Assembly: GCA_052327205.1 (NCBI GenBank)
Contig: CM126234.1
Coordinates: 29,636,001-29,700,000 of the forward strand
DNA length: 64,000 bases
Direction: 5' to 3'
Source: Somniosus microcephalus
Lineage: Eukaryota
A program made the translations under genes and the position numbers. This document shows, piece after piece, positions 11,334 to 24,149 of this stretch (positions are counted from its first letter, which is position 1; each line of letters opens with the position of its first letter). A model generated the notes under the pieces. It searched no databases and was not told where the DNA came from. It saw only the letters and a program-made list of their open reading frames with translations.

Positions 11334-13182
11334 GTAAGCTTTAGTTGGTCACTTAAAGGTATGAGGGAGGGTAAATGATGCTTAGATTTTTTGTTCCTCT
11401 GCCACCCTGTGAGGAAACACCAGATTTTCGCTTTGTGACTCCTCCATTTTGCAACTAACATTAGGACCTTACAATGTGAAAAGTCTTAGAGATGAACTTA
11501 AAGATGCTATTCTTCCCTCTGTCCTGTCCAATTTTATCCCCTTGTTCCTTCTAAAGTCAATGACTCGCGCTGAGGTATGAGTCCACAGGTGACAACATTC
11601 CTTTAGTACTTTGCCCAAGTGGTTATTATTAACCCGGGAATAAATATTGGCAACTACTCAACTATGGAGACCCATAGCCAAGCTTAATCCTGTCTTTGCC
11701 CACTGTCCATATTTGTACTTTTAATGGTGTTAGAGCTAGAACCCTAGCTATTTTTTTTAAATCTTAATAATCAAGGGATGTTGAAGCCAAATTTGTTCCT
11801 CCACTGCTGCCCTGGTTGCGATCAGCTAACTTAGTGCAGACTGTGGGATGAACCTGGCACCTTGCTACCCTGTATGGCTCCTCAGTACTACCCCATAAGT
11901 TTCATTTGCCTACTAAGTTGCTGGTTGGTTGGGTGGGGGGGGGCTGGTGGAAGAAAGGATTGATTTTATGTGCTTTTTTGACTGGACTGGATTGCTACAT
12001 TTTTTTTAAATAGTCATGGGGAAGTACATTGCATACAAAGTACTGTCCCATCTGTATTTCTTAGGTGAGAAAATGGTTAAGGTATGTCCTCCCTGCCCTG
12101 CATAATAACATTGAAGTGAGTTCAGAAATTAAAAATTGGACCAGAAACTGTTTGGGATTATTTACCAAAATGCTATATTCTGCTGAAGAGGAGCTGAACT
12201 TAAAGTTCAAAACTCTCAAGGGTACAACACAACTTAAAATTGCACGATACCATTTATCAACATTATTTTGGTAAAAGTATTCAGTGCTGTAAATATGCTG
12301 CTCTTTGAATCAACAAATTAATTCAGTATTTGGGATTGTAAAAAAAGTAAATTTGATGAACTGAACTTGAAGCAATTTGTCAGATATTTGTGGCATTCTT
12401 GCATTGGACTTTGAGGAATAATTTACACATTTTATTCGACTGAATGCAGTTTACGTGTTTTAGATTACTGACCGTAACAGACTTGTACTCTGGCAGAAGG
12501 AAATAAAATGCAGCAAGTCATTCCTCCTCTCCAGTGGTATGCTGCTATCAGACCCATACTCTTGGATACAAATAAAACTAGTGCAGTTCAAGATTTTTTT
12601 TTTAATTGAGAAACTTAGGCACTAAGGCCTTTTCTACTTAACACCATAAAGATTGAAAAGATGAGGTAAATCAAGGTGTAGTAATTAGGTCGGAGAAAGG
12701 GAGGTAAAGAGTTTGACAATTTTGAGGTCCTGAGAGAGAATGAGTTAGAGTAAGGATCAGTGTGATGAATTTTGATTTAATCACTGAGGATGTAGGAAGT
12801 GTGTGTAGGATAGCATATTTGGAGCTTGGGGGAACAGGAGAAGAAAGTTCAGAGGAGCACTGATCATATTAATATGAATTTAAAGGTTGCAAAAAAAGAA
12901 AGAGGGGGTTAAGAGAATTGGCCAACAGACGGCAAGCTTTTCTTGCTTCATGTTCAGAAATATAAACGGTGCCAGAAGGGCTGCCCTCGTTTCTTCCCCT
13001 CTCCCTCGAAATATGGGAGCAGTACTCAAGTTTTTGATAGACATGAGTTTCATAAAGAGTTAACAGCTGTTGAGGGCAAAAAGGTTTTCGGTAACGAAAG
13101 GAGGAGCGCAGCTTCTTGGGAACAGCTTTATCAATAGAGCGGAAGCTTTGTTTGAGATCAGAGGCGATGTAAAAGGACAAAG

Positions 13183-13495
13183 ATGGTGGCATAGTGGTTA
13201 GCACTGTTGCCTCACAGCGCCAGGGACCCGGGTTCAAATCCGGCCTCGGGTGACTGTGCAAACTCCACACAGACATTCTCCCCGTGTTTGCGTGGGTTTC
13301 CTCCGGGTGCTCCGGTTTCCTCCCACAGTCCAAAGATGTGCGGGTTAGGATGATTGGCTATGATAAATTGACCCTTAGTGTTAGGGGGATTAAATACGTG
13401 GGGTTACGGGGATAGAGTGGGATATGTGTCGGTGCAGGCTCGAGGGGCCGAAATGGCCTCCATCTGCACTGTGGGGTTTCTGTGATTTCTGTGAA
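13183..13495 (+). mobile_element. V-SINE (HE1-like)
   Basis: tRNA head tggcatagtggttagc...ggttcaaatcc, V-domain-like cattctccccgtgtttgcgtgggtttcctccgggtgctccggtttcctcccacagtccaaaga, and a CR1-type tail. Near-identical to 25311-25667. Confidence 0.88.
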
Positions 13496-14826
13496 GAACT
13501 AAGGATAGGGCTATCAAAGTCAAAAAGTGGTAGCTGCTAGTTGGACTTGAGAGAGAGGAAGGAGTTATCTTTGAAAAATTTGAAGAAACAAGGTTTTATT
13601 GCCTCATTTAAAGGGCATGAAGGAGATAGAGATATGAGTCAAACGTTGTACTGCAAGAGGAATGTGGATCAAAGCATTAGAGCCCACAGCCTTTATTCCT
13701 AGGAATAGCACAAAGTTTGCAATTAAGCTGACAATATACGTTGACGATGTCATAGAAAATTGGGTTACATGTATTGTTTGTCTTTGCGTTTTAAATAATT
13801 GTTGAAAATTGCAACTTTAAAGTTATCTTAACTTGACGCTGCTTGTATTAAATGTCTATTTTCCATAAATTGGCTTTTATGAATAACATGGTATATTCAT
13901 GGATGTAATTCCATCAATAATATTTTTTTTTTACTGCAAACTACTTTATGAATATATATTTCAACATCATGTCATGATTGTGTGTGTAGTGTGCTAATTT
14001 GCACATTTAAGAATGTTACATAGCCTAAAATATACCTGTCAATTCTTAAATTGTTAAAGTAGATATCAAATATTTGTCTTGACATCTCTGGCATTAACAG
14101 TGTTTAAATATGGACAACAAAAATGTTGTGTTTTTTTTTAAACTAGAATTTAAGAGACCAGTTCTGAAATGATTAGCTGTAAGAATTTTCTGCAGTATGG
14201 TCAAGAAATTCCAAAGTAGTTAGCTACTTCTGTTGTGGAATTCCATGTGAAAAGTCAAAGGTTGGGTTTTCCATATTCATTTACACAGTATTTGTTACAA
14301 TACCTTTAATTGTGGGGAGACTGAACTCTAGGCTCTGGTGAGCTAAATCAGCACCATTTCCTTATCGTCTTTGTTCCTCAGCATGTTTCTTCAGTAGTTT
14401 GTTTCCACTGCTGATTGTAAGTCCCTGCATTTACAAGTTCCTAAAAAAAATCAATTGCAATAGAAATTCCTTTTTTTTCCCCCCCAAATATTTACTATCC
14501 GATGGCAATAATGATCAAGAAGGCATATATTATTTCTTTATTGTGCCAGTGTCTTTTTCACAACATTCCTATAAAGCATCAGTATCTATGATTTTAAAAG
14601 TAAAAAGGCAAACTAATGTTTCTTCTCCCTCGTTTTTTTTTAAATAAAACTTGATGTTCCACTACCACCCCCGAATATATATTTTCTATTGAATCAATGA
14701 TGTAGGTGCATCTACAATGTTTTGTGAGAAAGGGATTAACCACAGTTACTTTGTACCTGGCTTCTTTTTCTTTTGCAGTTGTTTATTGAGAGCCTTGGCT
14801 GAGTAGCGCAGAAATAATCTGGAAAC

Positions 14827-16473
14827 ATGTCCGAGAACGACACTGATAATTTAGTCAACAGCGGCAAATATGAGGCTGGCAAGAGCAAACGGAATGTTTG
14901 CCGAGACTTTCTGCGCAATGTCTGCACCCGTGGTAAGAATTGCAGGTACTTCCACCCGGACAATGTTGAGGCCTCGGACCTCGGCGACATAAGGAATGAT
15001 ACTGATAATTTAGTCAACATTGGCAATGATGAGGCTGGTAAAAGCAAACCGAACATTTGCCGAGACTTTCTGCGCAATCTCTGCAACCGTGGTAAGAATT
15101 GCAGGTATTTCCACCCAGATGATATTGAGGCTTCTGACCTCACTGACATAAGGAACGACATTGATAATGTAGTCAACACTGGCAATGACGAGGCTGGCAA
15201 AAGCAAACAGAACATTTGCCGAGACTTTCTGCGCAATCTCTGCAATCGTGGTAAGAATTGCAGGTATTTTCACCCAGATAATATTGATGTCTCCAACCAT
15301 GCTGACTTAAGTGATGACGCTGATAACTTAGTCAATAATAGCAAATATGAGGCTGGCAAGAGCAACCGGAATGTTTGCCGCGACTTTCTGCGCAATGTCT
15401 GCAACCGTGGTAAGAATTGCAGGTACTTTCACCCAGACAATGTTGAGGCCTACAGCGTAGGTGACATGCGGCATGAGTCAATCTTTTGTCAGTACTTTCA
15501 GAATAGTAAATGCACCCGTGAGAACTGCACGTTCATTCATGGGACAAAGGGGGAAGAGAGTTATTACAATAAAACGGGAAAGCTTCCCGCCCACTTGCAA
15601 CAGACGGTGGCTGTGACTTTTGGGCTCTCGCCCTCTAATCTGCCTCTGATTACAAAGGAGATCCCATTCTGCCGTGACTTTCTAAAGGGCAATTGTCGAA
15701 GAGGATCCAAATGTAAATTCCAGCACTTGAAACGTGATGACAATGATAAAAAAAGTGTCGAAAGAGCGTCACAAGATAGAGAACTTTCTCCTGCGACTTG
15801 TAGATATGACCGTTTGGATGACCTGTATGAAACCGAGAGATGTGATTATGACCAACATCCGAAAAAGAGAAGGATGGAGGGCCTGCGGTTTGAAGTATTT
15901 GATTACAGCACTCCTAATCTGCGCCCAGTTGAATTGAGTTTTTTGGAGGAGGAAAACCATATGCTCAGAACGCGCAATGAAGAACTCAAAAAGCAGGTGT
16001 CGAGCCTAATGCTGACCAACGAGGCCCTTCTTGAACAGAATGCAGAACTGCGCAAGCAGGTGAAGTTGGGGATCCTGACCACCGGGGCTGACCCAACACA
16101 ACATCCAACCATGCACACTGTTACCAACTATAACCACAGCATAGTGGAGACTCACACCACCCTGCGCAATCAGACACTGAGGTCACAGCCCATTTCTCAT
16201 CAAGAGTTGATCGCGCAAGCTAGAGCTCACAATGCGTTGTGTGCTGAAGCGACGTCCCAAAGTCCACCCCATCTTAGTGCTTCTATGTCTGCACCCTATG
16301 CCCAGGGGATGGCATCCCCAGTCTCGATGGCGCCGCTTGCCATCTCCGTTGCACCGGTGGCAGTTACACAATCACTGCCAGGAATTGCCATGAGTTATAC
16401 CACCACTCAAATGGTCAGTTATCCAAATGCATCACAGAGTATGAGGTTCCTCTGTCGTGCAGAGGAGAGTTGA
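14827..16473 (+). CDS. ZC3H10-like paralog, 548 aa, six CCCH fingers (4x finger 1 + finger 2 + finger 3), coiled coil and Ala/Pro-rich tail
   Basis: An uninterrupted ORF colinear with the canonical protein after the repeat (IFCQYFQNSKCTRENCTFIHG, FCRDFLKGNCRRGSKCKFQH, FLEEENHMLRTRNEELKKQVSSL, MVSYPNASQSMR). The acceptor ttttcttttgcag|t is at 14778, and the 5'UTR is homologous to the canonical gene's. Confidence 0.9.
   Translation: MSENDTDNLVNSGKYEAGKSKRNVCRDFLRNVCTRGKNCRYFHPDNVEASDLGDIRNDTDNLVNIGNDEAGKSKPNICRDFLRNLCNRGKNCRYFHPDDIEASDLTDIRNDIDNVVNTGNDEAGKSKQNICRDFLRNLCNRGKNCRYFHPDNIDVSNHADLSDDADNLVNNSKYEAGKSNRNVCRDFLRNVCNRGKNCRYFHPDNVEAYSVGDMRHESIFCQYFQNSKCTRENCTFIHGTKGEESYYNKTGKLPAHLQQTVAVTFGLSPSNLPLITKEIPFCRDFLKGNCRRGSKCKFQHLKRDDNDKKSVERASQDRELSPATCRYDRLDDLYETERCDYDQHPKKRRMEGLRFEVFDYSTPNLRPVELSFLEEENHMLRTRNEELKKQVSSLMLTNEALLEQNAELRKQVKLGILTTGADPTQHPTMHTVTNYNHSIVETHTTLRNQTLRSQPISHQELIAQARAHNALCAEATSQSPPHLSASMSAPYAQGMASPVSMAPLAISVAPVAVTQSLPGIAMSYTTTQMVSYPNASQSMRFLCRAEES
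14836..15471 (+). repeat. Coding tandem repeat, 4 x 159 bp (53 aa), each unit carrying one C-x7-C-x5-C-x3-H finger
   Basis: actgataatttagtcaaca occurs at 14842 and 15001 (period 159). Units start at 14836, 14995, 15154 and 15313, and CRDFLRNxCxRGKNCRYFHPD is conserved in all four. Confidence 0.95.
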
Positions 16474-19400
16474 GATTGGAAGAGGTGTCATTTGAAGCTT
16501 TACAAAAGATTTCTAGTTTCCTGTTGTTGCTTCCCAGGGCAGTTGCAAAAACGGAGTCAAATATGATTCTCGGAGGGAGTCTCACCATCAGCAACCCTTT
16601 TGCGAAAACAAAAAACAATGAAATAATGAGGATACTTTTTTTTTTCCTGTCTCAAATGGTGCGTGCTGATGAACTGGCCAGGGGAACTGTCTGCGCAGAA
16701 TTGTACCTCAGCAATAGTAGCAAACTGAAGTTGAACCGTGCTTCAGTTTGCCACTATATACGTCGCAAATGTTTTGGAAAAAACAAGATTGAACAGAACC
16801 GATGTTTTTGAATGCTTTGAAAACTTGGTGTCCGCAGAAATCTTGATTTTTGTTTTTGCTCACACTGTAAACTCTGGTGTTAGTGAAAGCAAAGTCTTTA
16901 ACAGTGCATTGCAATGCCCAAACCAACTTAAGCTCTCCCCACTGCTGCTGCAGTTGGACTAGGTTTTGCCTGCACAATGGCCGCTCTGTCTGCCCATGTA
17001 AAATTGGTTTCATTCAACAACAAAAAACGGAGCCTGTGCATGCGCTAAAAAGCATTGCGCCTGTTCGGCAGTTGACGTATGTGGTTTTTTTTAAATCACT
17101 TTTTAAACCAGGAAATTTTTTACAGAAATACAAGTAAATCACCCTCCCCCCAAAATACTACTGCTTTGGTTGTGGTCCGAGCAGAAATTGGAGGGTATGC
17201 AGGAGGTGGCACCGCAGACATCTTTTCTCCCTCCTGTTGGAGAAACTGTTCTGTAGCATAAATGGGACAGTTTCACCCACAGATGAGGTGGTGGGGGAGG
17301 GCTGCAAATCTACAAAAATGGCTCTCTTCCTATAAATTCAGCATCAATGAGCCTGGCAGCAACAGGGGCTAATTTAACAGGTGCGCATTTGAAATCAGCT
17401 CACTGAAGCACCTTGGGTTAATGACCCCCCCCCCCCGACCACTGGTGATCACTTAAGTTCTCTCGAGCTGTCTCGTTCCACGATTCCTCCGGTTTGAGCA
17501 CTCAAAAGTTCAAATTGTATTAATGAGCTATATGTTGAGCAACAAAATTGTTATTTCTTTTAAAAGGGCTACTGATGGCAAGACTTCCTCGACATAGACG
17601 AAACCTAAAAATCTGCTACAAGATCAGTAATGGGTTGATGGTCTCTGTCAAAACAAATGATTCAATGGGATAACTGTACAAACTGCAGCCTACGTGTTCT
17701 CCTTTTCCCCCACACTTGTGAAATTCTCTTTTTTTTAGTTGATTACAGGTGTACTTTTAGCAGTACGTATTTTTAATTTTTTTTGTACCAGTGATCCTAT
17801 GCCACGAATGTTAGTTCTATTTTTTTCCTTTGTTTATTCACAGACTACAGTTGGGGTTGTTATCAGAAACAAAGTAGTAATATATTCCTTACTTTGTTAG
17901 GTTTAAATCTCCCTGATATTTGCATATAGACATTCTGTACCCATCCCATTTCAAAGTAAATATGCATGTGGAAAGTTCATTTTTAGTGATTCATGGGCAT
18001 TTAGTTGAAAGTATTTTAATAATTAAACATACACTGTGCCTCTTCTGTGTTTTTCTCAAGTCATCAATTTTTATGTTTTTTACATTTTTGTACAAATAGA
18101 TTCCCTGACCAAAGCATTTGTTGCTCTTGTATTTTACAATCTTCCTTTCAAACCTATACAAGCCCTCCGAAGATTGGACTACAAAAGGTGTTTTTAGAAA
18201 TAAAATGAGTACACACTCGCCACAAACATATCCACTGTAAACCCCCCCCCCCCCGGCCCCCAAGGATAGCAAAATGAAGGTAGAATGCTAAAATACTGCA
18301 ATATGAGCTTGTGAATCAGACTAAAATGTGTATGTAATAAATATATATTTGATTTAGTGCCTGGAGCATGGAGGCTGGGTGTTGGTCCATAACTGATGGG
18401 CGAGAGCAACATTGCAGCAGAAGATGTGGAGAAAGAATTGCTGGTTTCTCATGTTTGTCATGGCATTGTTGGAAAGTCGAGGCTCGACACTTGTGTATTG
18501 CCGTGCCATTTCCACGTCGGGTCAGGATACTCACCCGGTGCCATTGTCAGTCAGAGAGTTTCGGAGGTGCCGCACCAGTGTACACGGCATAAGTACAGCT
18601 GCTTTTAGTTTTTATTCAGCGGCAACCAAATCGCAAAACCAATCGGAGCAAATAGGAAACATACGTTCATACAGACACAAAGACATACTATATAGAAGAT
18701 AGATATATATGTATGTGTATGTATATGATTTGACTAAAATATATATTTTAGTCATAGACAGTATAAATGTATTAACGGGTAATATCCAACTACCCATGCT
18801 GAAAATGTCTGTGTGATGTTGAACGAGGACAGAATCTGGCTTGGTGTTATATGCTTCCTCCCCCCTCAGTTGAATATCCTGTGGTGCTCACCGTCTAGGC
18901 TCATAAATGAAGGATGACCATTTGGGTGAGGTACCAGTGGGCCCCCTGTTGAACCGTACTTCAGCATGGTGTCAGTGCCTTTGGGTGAGGGGGGGTGAGA
19001 GTAGAAAATTGGCAGAGGAAAAAGAGGGAGGGGAAGGCTTGCAATTATACATAAGATATAAAAGTGAAATGCAGTAAATAACATAGAATATAGTGTTAAT
19101 GTACACCATGTAGTTGGTTGGCAGTTCACTTACAGGAAACTTTGTGATATCTGGCACCGACGGGACCGAGCTGTTGCCGCCCCCATCAAAACTGCCGGAC
19201 AAACCAGCGCTAATGTTGAAACATACGGAGATTTTGAGCTCCGTATCTGGCAACAAACCCTGTTGCTTAGCAACAGCTTCTAAACAGTCGGCCGTACCTT
19301 GCAAGCGTCTCTGTAGCTTAGCCACAGCTTCAGCGAGACCTTGCAGAGCCTGACTGGTGGGGGAAAAAAGCAACGAAAAGGGAAAAAAAAAACCTAACGA

Positions 19401-21354
19401 AACGGTTCCTGATTTTTGCCGGTGGCTCAAGCATTCCGGACAGTTAACCTCCGGATAAACCAAAGTTTCCTGTACTAATTTTGTGGTTCTACTGTAATTT
19501 GTATGAATGGTACATAATTGTGGCCATTTAATTGGCCCTCACTCAAACAAATGACACTATTGGGTACATCAACGACCTGCCCTTCTGCTTGATAGGATGG
19601 GGCATCTGAGGGAGGATGGGGCATCTGAGGGAGGTGCAAAGAGGAGGCAAGGTACTTCCAAACCGAGAGGGGCATTCTGAAGATGAACCTGTGCCTGCAT
19701 CCACTAACTATACAGTTTCTCAAATTTTCTGTACAGTACATTAACTTCAAGGTGGTTTTAATTTTTGCAACTTTTTGTTTTCCAATTGTTGTAATCAATA
19801 TTTGACTACAAAACTACATATTTCTAATTTGTTATTAAAATTGGACATGGAAGTTTCTATTTATGTGATAGTGGCATTACTGTCAATCAGGGAACCATGT
19901 AGAAAATGCACTATGTGGGCCAACATCAACAGTGAGAAACATGGGAAATATGAACCTTTTGCAAATCTTAGTCTCAAAATACAGCAAACACTTTACTGTT
20001 TAGCGAGTTCCTGGGATTTTGCAACATAAAGTGGAATGCCAAGATTGTCTAACTGCGGCCAGAAAATCCAAAATCCACAGGGGTTCAAAATAGGTTTGCT
20101 AGGTGCAGCTTTTGAAAAAGGCCAATTAAGCACATTTTATCCATTTTTCTGCTGAAATTGTCAGTGTTCACAAAGTCCTGGATGTCTGGTGATGTTCATG
20201 AAAAGAGTTATGATTTGAGAATTTGCAGGTGTTTACTGGTGCAATTTTTGTCCAGTATATATGTGTATATATATTTAATATATATATATATATATATATC
20301 TCAATGAATGTACGGCAGTGTTGTCACTAAGAAATGTGAGAATTAAAACTGATTCAGGACCAGAATGGAGCCAACTGGACTAGGAAGACTTGTGTCTTTA
20401 GGTGTGTTTCTCCTTTGGATTATATGTAATATTATTTTCCAAAGTTAAATCTTTCCATTGATGAGAACCTCCAGTATAACCTAAACTTCCAGTTTACTTA
20501 TGTATCTTGTTAATTGATATATTGTGTCAGTTGTAGTTTTAAAAAAATCACATTTGTGAGAAAATTTAACTCAGAAGTTTTCTCCACTCCGTGTATAACT
20601 ATATCTGTTATAAGTTCATTTTTTTTTTAAATGCTTAAATCTGTAATCATTTTAGAGTGTGGAGTATGAACTATTCATTTTAAAATGGTTAGTATTTAGA
20701 AAGGGGATTCTAGTGATTAAACATTCAGAATAGCTCTTCTGGGCAGTTTGCCAAGTAACTATTGCTTTTGGGTAGGTACCTGCCTTGAGCAAAACCCACC
20801 CTTGGCTGTCACTCAGACATATTGGGTGAATCTTAATTCACCATTATTAAGCTGTACAATTAGATTTGGGGCAGGGTGGGAATGAAATAGGGAGAATGGG
20901 AGGCAGAGTGCCCTCCTTCAGAAATGTGTACAGGGTACCACTTGGCAGATTAAATTAGTGCTGAGTGTCCTGCCCTACTGGCTAAAGATAGACACAGCAG
21001 TGAAAGATCTAAATTGAAAACAATGTTTCATGAAGAGAAGAGGACATGAATTTGTACCTGCAGTCCCCCATTCAACTGTGTCACTGAGGGACAGTACTGA
21101 ACAGAGACCAGCTGTTTCCCCACATTGAAAGTATGGGGGAATAGCAGAAGGATTTGTCCCTGAGCTGTTCTTGTGTGCCTTAACAGCAGCCAGTTTCAGA
21201 GCAGTATAAGCAAAGGCTGGGTGAAGGACACCCACTTTCTTGTCTGTGGTCGGTGTGTGACACAAGGAGACCTTTTGTTGTAGAAAGATACGAGTCTCTT
21301 CCTGAACAAAGGAAAAACATTGTATTTCTGTTGGATGCTAATGTGTGTGATACA

Positions 21355-21400
21355 ATTAAATTAAAGTTTCTCAAAGTCTTGCCTTTTAGTTCCTTTTTTT
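21355..21400 (+). terminator. Candidate polyadenylation signal (ATTAAA) with a U-rich downstream element
   Basis: attaaattaaagtttctcaaagtcttgccttttagttccttttttt ends a long, T-rich, repeat-poor stretch that resembles a 3'UTR. Confidence 0.35.
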
Positions 21401-21919
21401 TCTAATCACAAGTGTTTTCATTTTTCCATAAATGAAACCAATTCAATGGACTTAAAGTATAATTCTATCCAGTTAACTAAATTTTGCAGTAAAGTCGCCG
21501 GGTATTTTTTGGGTTTTCACTTCTGCGTGTGAAATCCACTGGTTTCTAATAACTTGTTTATACTGGCTCTTCTGGAGCCAACTTGAATCATTGCTAGAGC
21601 CTGTGTTCAGAGGATTGGCTCTATTTACAGTTTGGCTCAATGTGATAGTTCTATCCCCCTTTGTTTGGATCCTCCGAACACTGCTTGAATTTATCTGCTG
21701 CTTTGTTTATGCTCTGAGCTGCATTCAGATGTACTCCACAGGACAGTTTCACTTGGATGTGGAGGATGGCAAGCTGTGGCAGTGAAGAAAATATAGCAGC
21801 CGTAGTTAAGAGGTTTTAACTGACCCTGCCCGTGGTCAGATTCCTCTTTGCATTGTTCTTAAATGGAACTGAAAATAATGGCCCAAAAATCTTTGCAAAT
21901 GGTCAGGTTGGAAGCTAAC

Positions 21920-23480
21920 ATCACTAGAAGCAATGGAAGGGGTGAAAATTGATAGAGAGGATGTACTAGGGAATTGGGGGAGGAGATAGCAGAAGGGCTT
22001 GCCATAATTTTTCAATCTTCCCTAGATGTGGGGGAGGTGCCTGAGGATTGGAAAGTGGCAAATGTGACACCATTGTTCAAGAAAGGGTGTAAGGACAATC
22101 CTAGTAACTACAGGCTGGCCAATTTAACATCAGTGGTGGGTAAAGTTTTAGAAACAATAATGAAGGAAAATATTAACGGGCACTTGGAGAGATTTAAGCT
22201 AATTAAGGAGAGCCAACACGGATTTGTAAAAGGCAGATCTTGTTTGACTAATTGAATTTTTTGATGAAGTAACCGGGTGGATTGATGAAGGGAATGCAAT
22301 GGCTGTTGTCTACATGGATTTTAGGAAGGTGTTTGACAAAGTACCACATAGAAGGCTGGTTAACAAAATTGAGGTTCATGGAGTAGGTGGGTCAGTGGCA
22401 GCTTGGATAAGGAATTGGCTTAAGGATAGAAAACAGTGAGTTGTGGTAAATGGCTGCTTTTCAGACTGGAGGATGGTAGAAAGTGGTGTTCCCCAAGGGT
22501 TGGTGCTGGGACCACTGCTTTTTTTGATCTATATAAATGACCTGGATATTAATACAGAGTAGAATTTCTAAATTTGCTGATGACACCAAACTTGGGGGTG
22601 TAACAAACTGAGGATGATACCAATCGACTGCAACAGGACATAGAAAGGCTAGCAGAATGGGCAGACAAGTGGCAGATGGAATTTAATACAGAGAAGTGTG
22701 AGGTGATGCATTTTGGCAGAAGGAACAGGGAGAGGCAATCTACACTTTATGGCACAGTTTTAGAGTGTGCAGGGACAGAGGGACCTGGGAGTTAATGTGC
22801 ATAGGTCCCTGAAGGTGGCGGGACATATTGAGAGAGTGGTTAGCAAAGCATATGGGATCTTGGGCTTCATACATAGAGGTATTGAGTACAAAAGTAGAGA
22901 AGTTATGCTGAACCTTTATAAGGTGCTGGTTAGGCTACAACTGGAGTATTGCGTCCAGTTCTGATCACCACACTTTAGGAAGGATGTGAAAGCACTTGAG
23001 AGGGTGCAGAGGAGATTTACCAGAATGGTTCTGGGGATGGGGGATCTTAGCTACAAGGACAGGTTGGAGAAGCTGGATTTATTTTCATTTAGAGCAAAGG
23101 AGGTTGAGGGGTGATTTGATAGAGGTGGACAAGATTATGACATGTTTGGATGGGCTAGACAGGGAAAGGCTGTTCCCACTAGTTGATGGTGCAAGGACTA
23201 GGGGACACAGATTTAAGGTTTTGGGTGCGAGATACAGGGGAGATGTGAGGGAAAACTTTTTTACGCAGCAAGTGGTGAGGACCTGGAACTCGCTGCCGAC
23301 GGAAGTGGTGGAAGCGGAGACACTCCGTGTTTTCAAGGGGAGTCTGGATAGGCATTTGAGGGAAATAAACTTGCAGGGCTATGGGGATAGAGCGAGGGAA
23401 TGGGACTGACTGGATTGTGCTACAGAGAGCTGGCACGGACTTGATGGGCCGAATGGCCTCCTTCTGTATTATGACTTTGA
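21920..23480 (+). mobile_element. CR1/HER1-like LINE, 5'-truncated, disrupted RT
   Basis: Contains PEDWKVANVTPLFKKG, SQHGFVKGRSCLTN, SGVPQG, SKFADDTKLG and LEYCVQF motifs with stops and frameshifts, plus a 3' tail. Confidence 0.92.
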
Positions 23481-24149
23481 CTCATGTTCATTTACTGCAA
23501 ATTCAATTATGCAGCATGTCCGCATCTGTTCGGTTAAGATCTTCACAGTTTGGAGTAAACTAAAGCCACCACAATGAAGGTGATTTTTTTTCTCCCCCCG
23601 GAATGGTCTAAATATGCAATGTTTATACTGCTTTGTTTTTTGTATAGTGCCGCATTACCTGCGTAACATCACTAGTAATAAGAACACTGGCGCATAGGAA
23701 TGCTGTAGAGGATCGCCACCTATCTGAGTTGCAGCTTTACTTATTTTTAAAGCAGGCTGTCGTGGTATATTTCCATCTGATACTGCTGAGTTTATAGATA
23801 AGATATCAAAACCAGCCTGATCTGAACTTCCTGCAGCTGCAAAACTATCAAAGTCTCTGAATGTTCAATAGCTCCAGCAAGGAGCAGAGCAGCCAGGCAT
23901 GGAAGTCAATGGCAAAAATTTGGGAGCTGCAGCGCAAACTACTTTGGATGATGTATGACAGTGGGCACCTGGAGCAAGACTCCGGAGTTATTCGAGCAGA
24001 TGCGGTTCTGCTTCAGTGAAAAATGTGATAAGATTGTGAAACTAAATGTGGCACTACTCGAGCATGTTCCCTGACATAAGGTCTAGACTGTGGCCTGGCT
24101 CCCAAGCTAGAGCTGGAGACAGGAAATTTATCCCAACTTCAGATGTTAG

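Noticed and set aside
14736-15300. Antisense ORFs (169 aa and 96 aa) over the finger array
   Set aside because: They are shadow frames of the repeated coding sequence, with no independent support.
14779-16473. Retrocopy origin of the intronless paralog CDS
   Set aside because: The canonical CDS is itself single-exon, and the paralog retains the upstream acceptor, intron and first exon, with no poly-A tail or target-site duplication.
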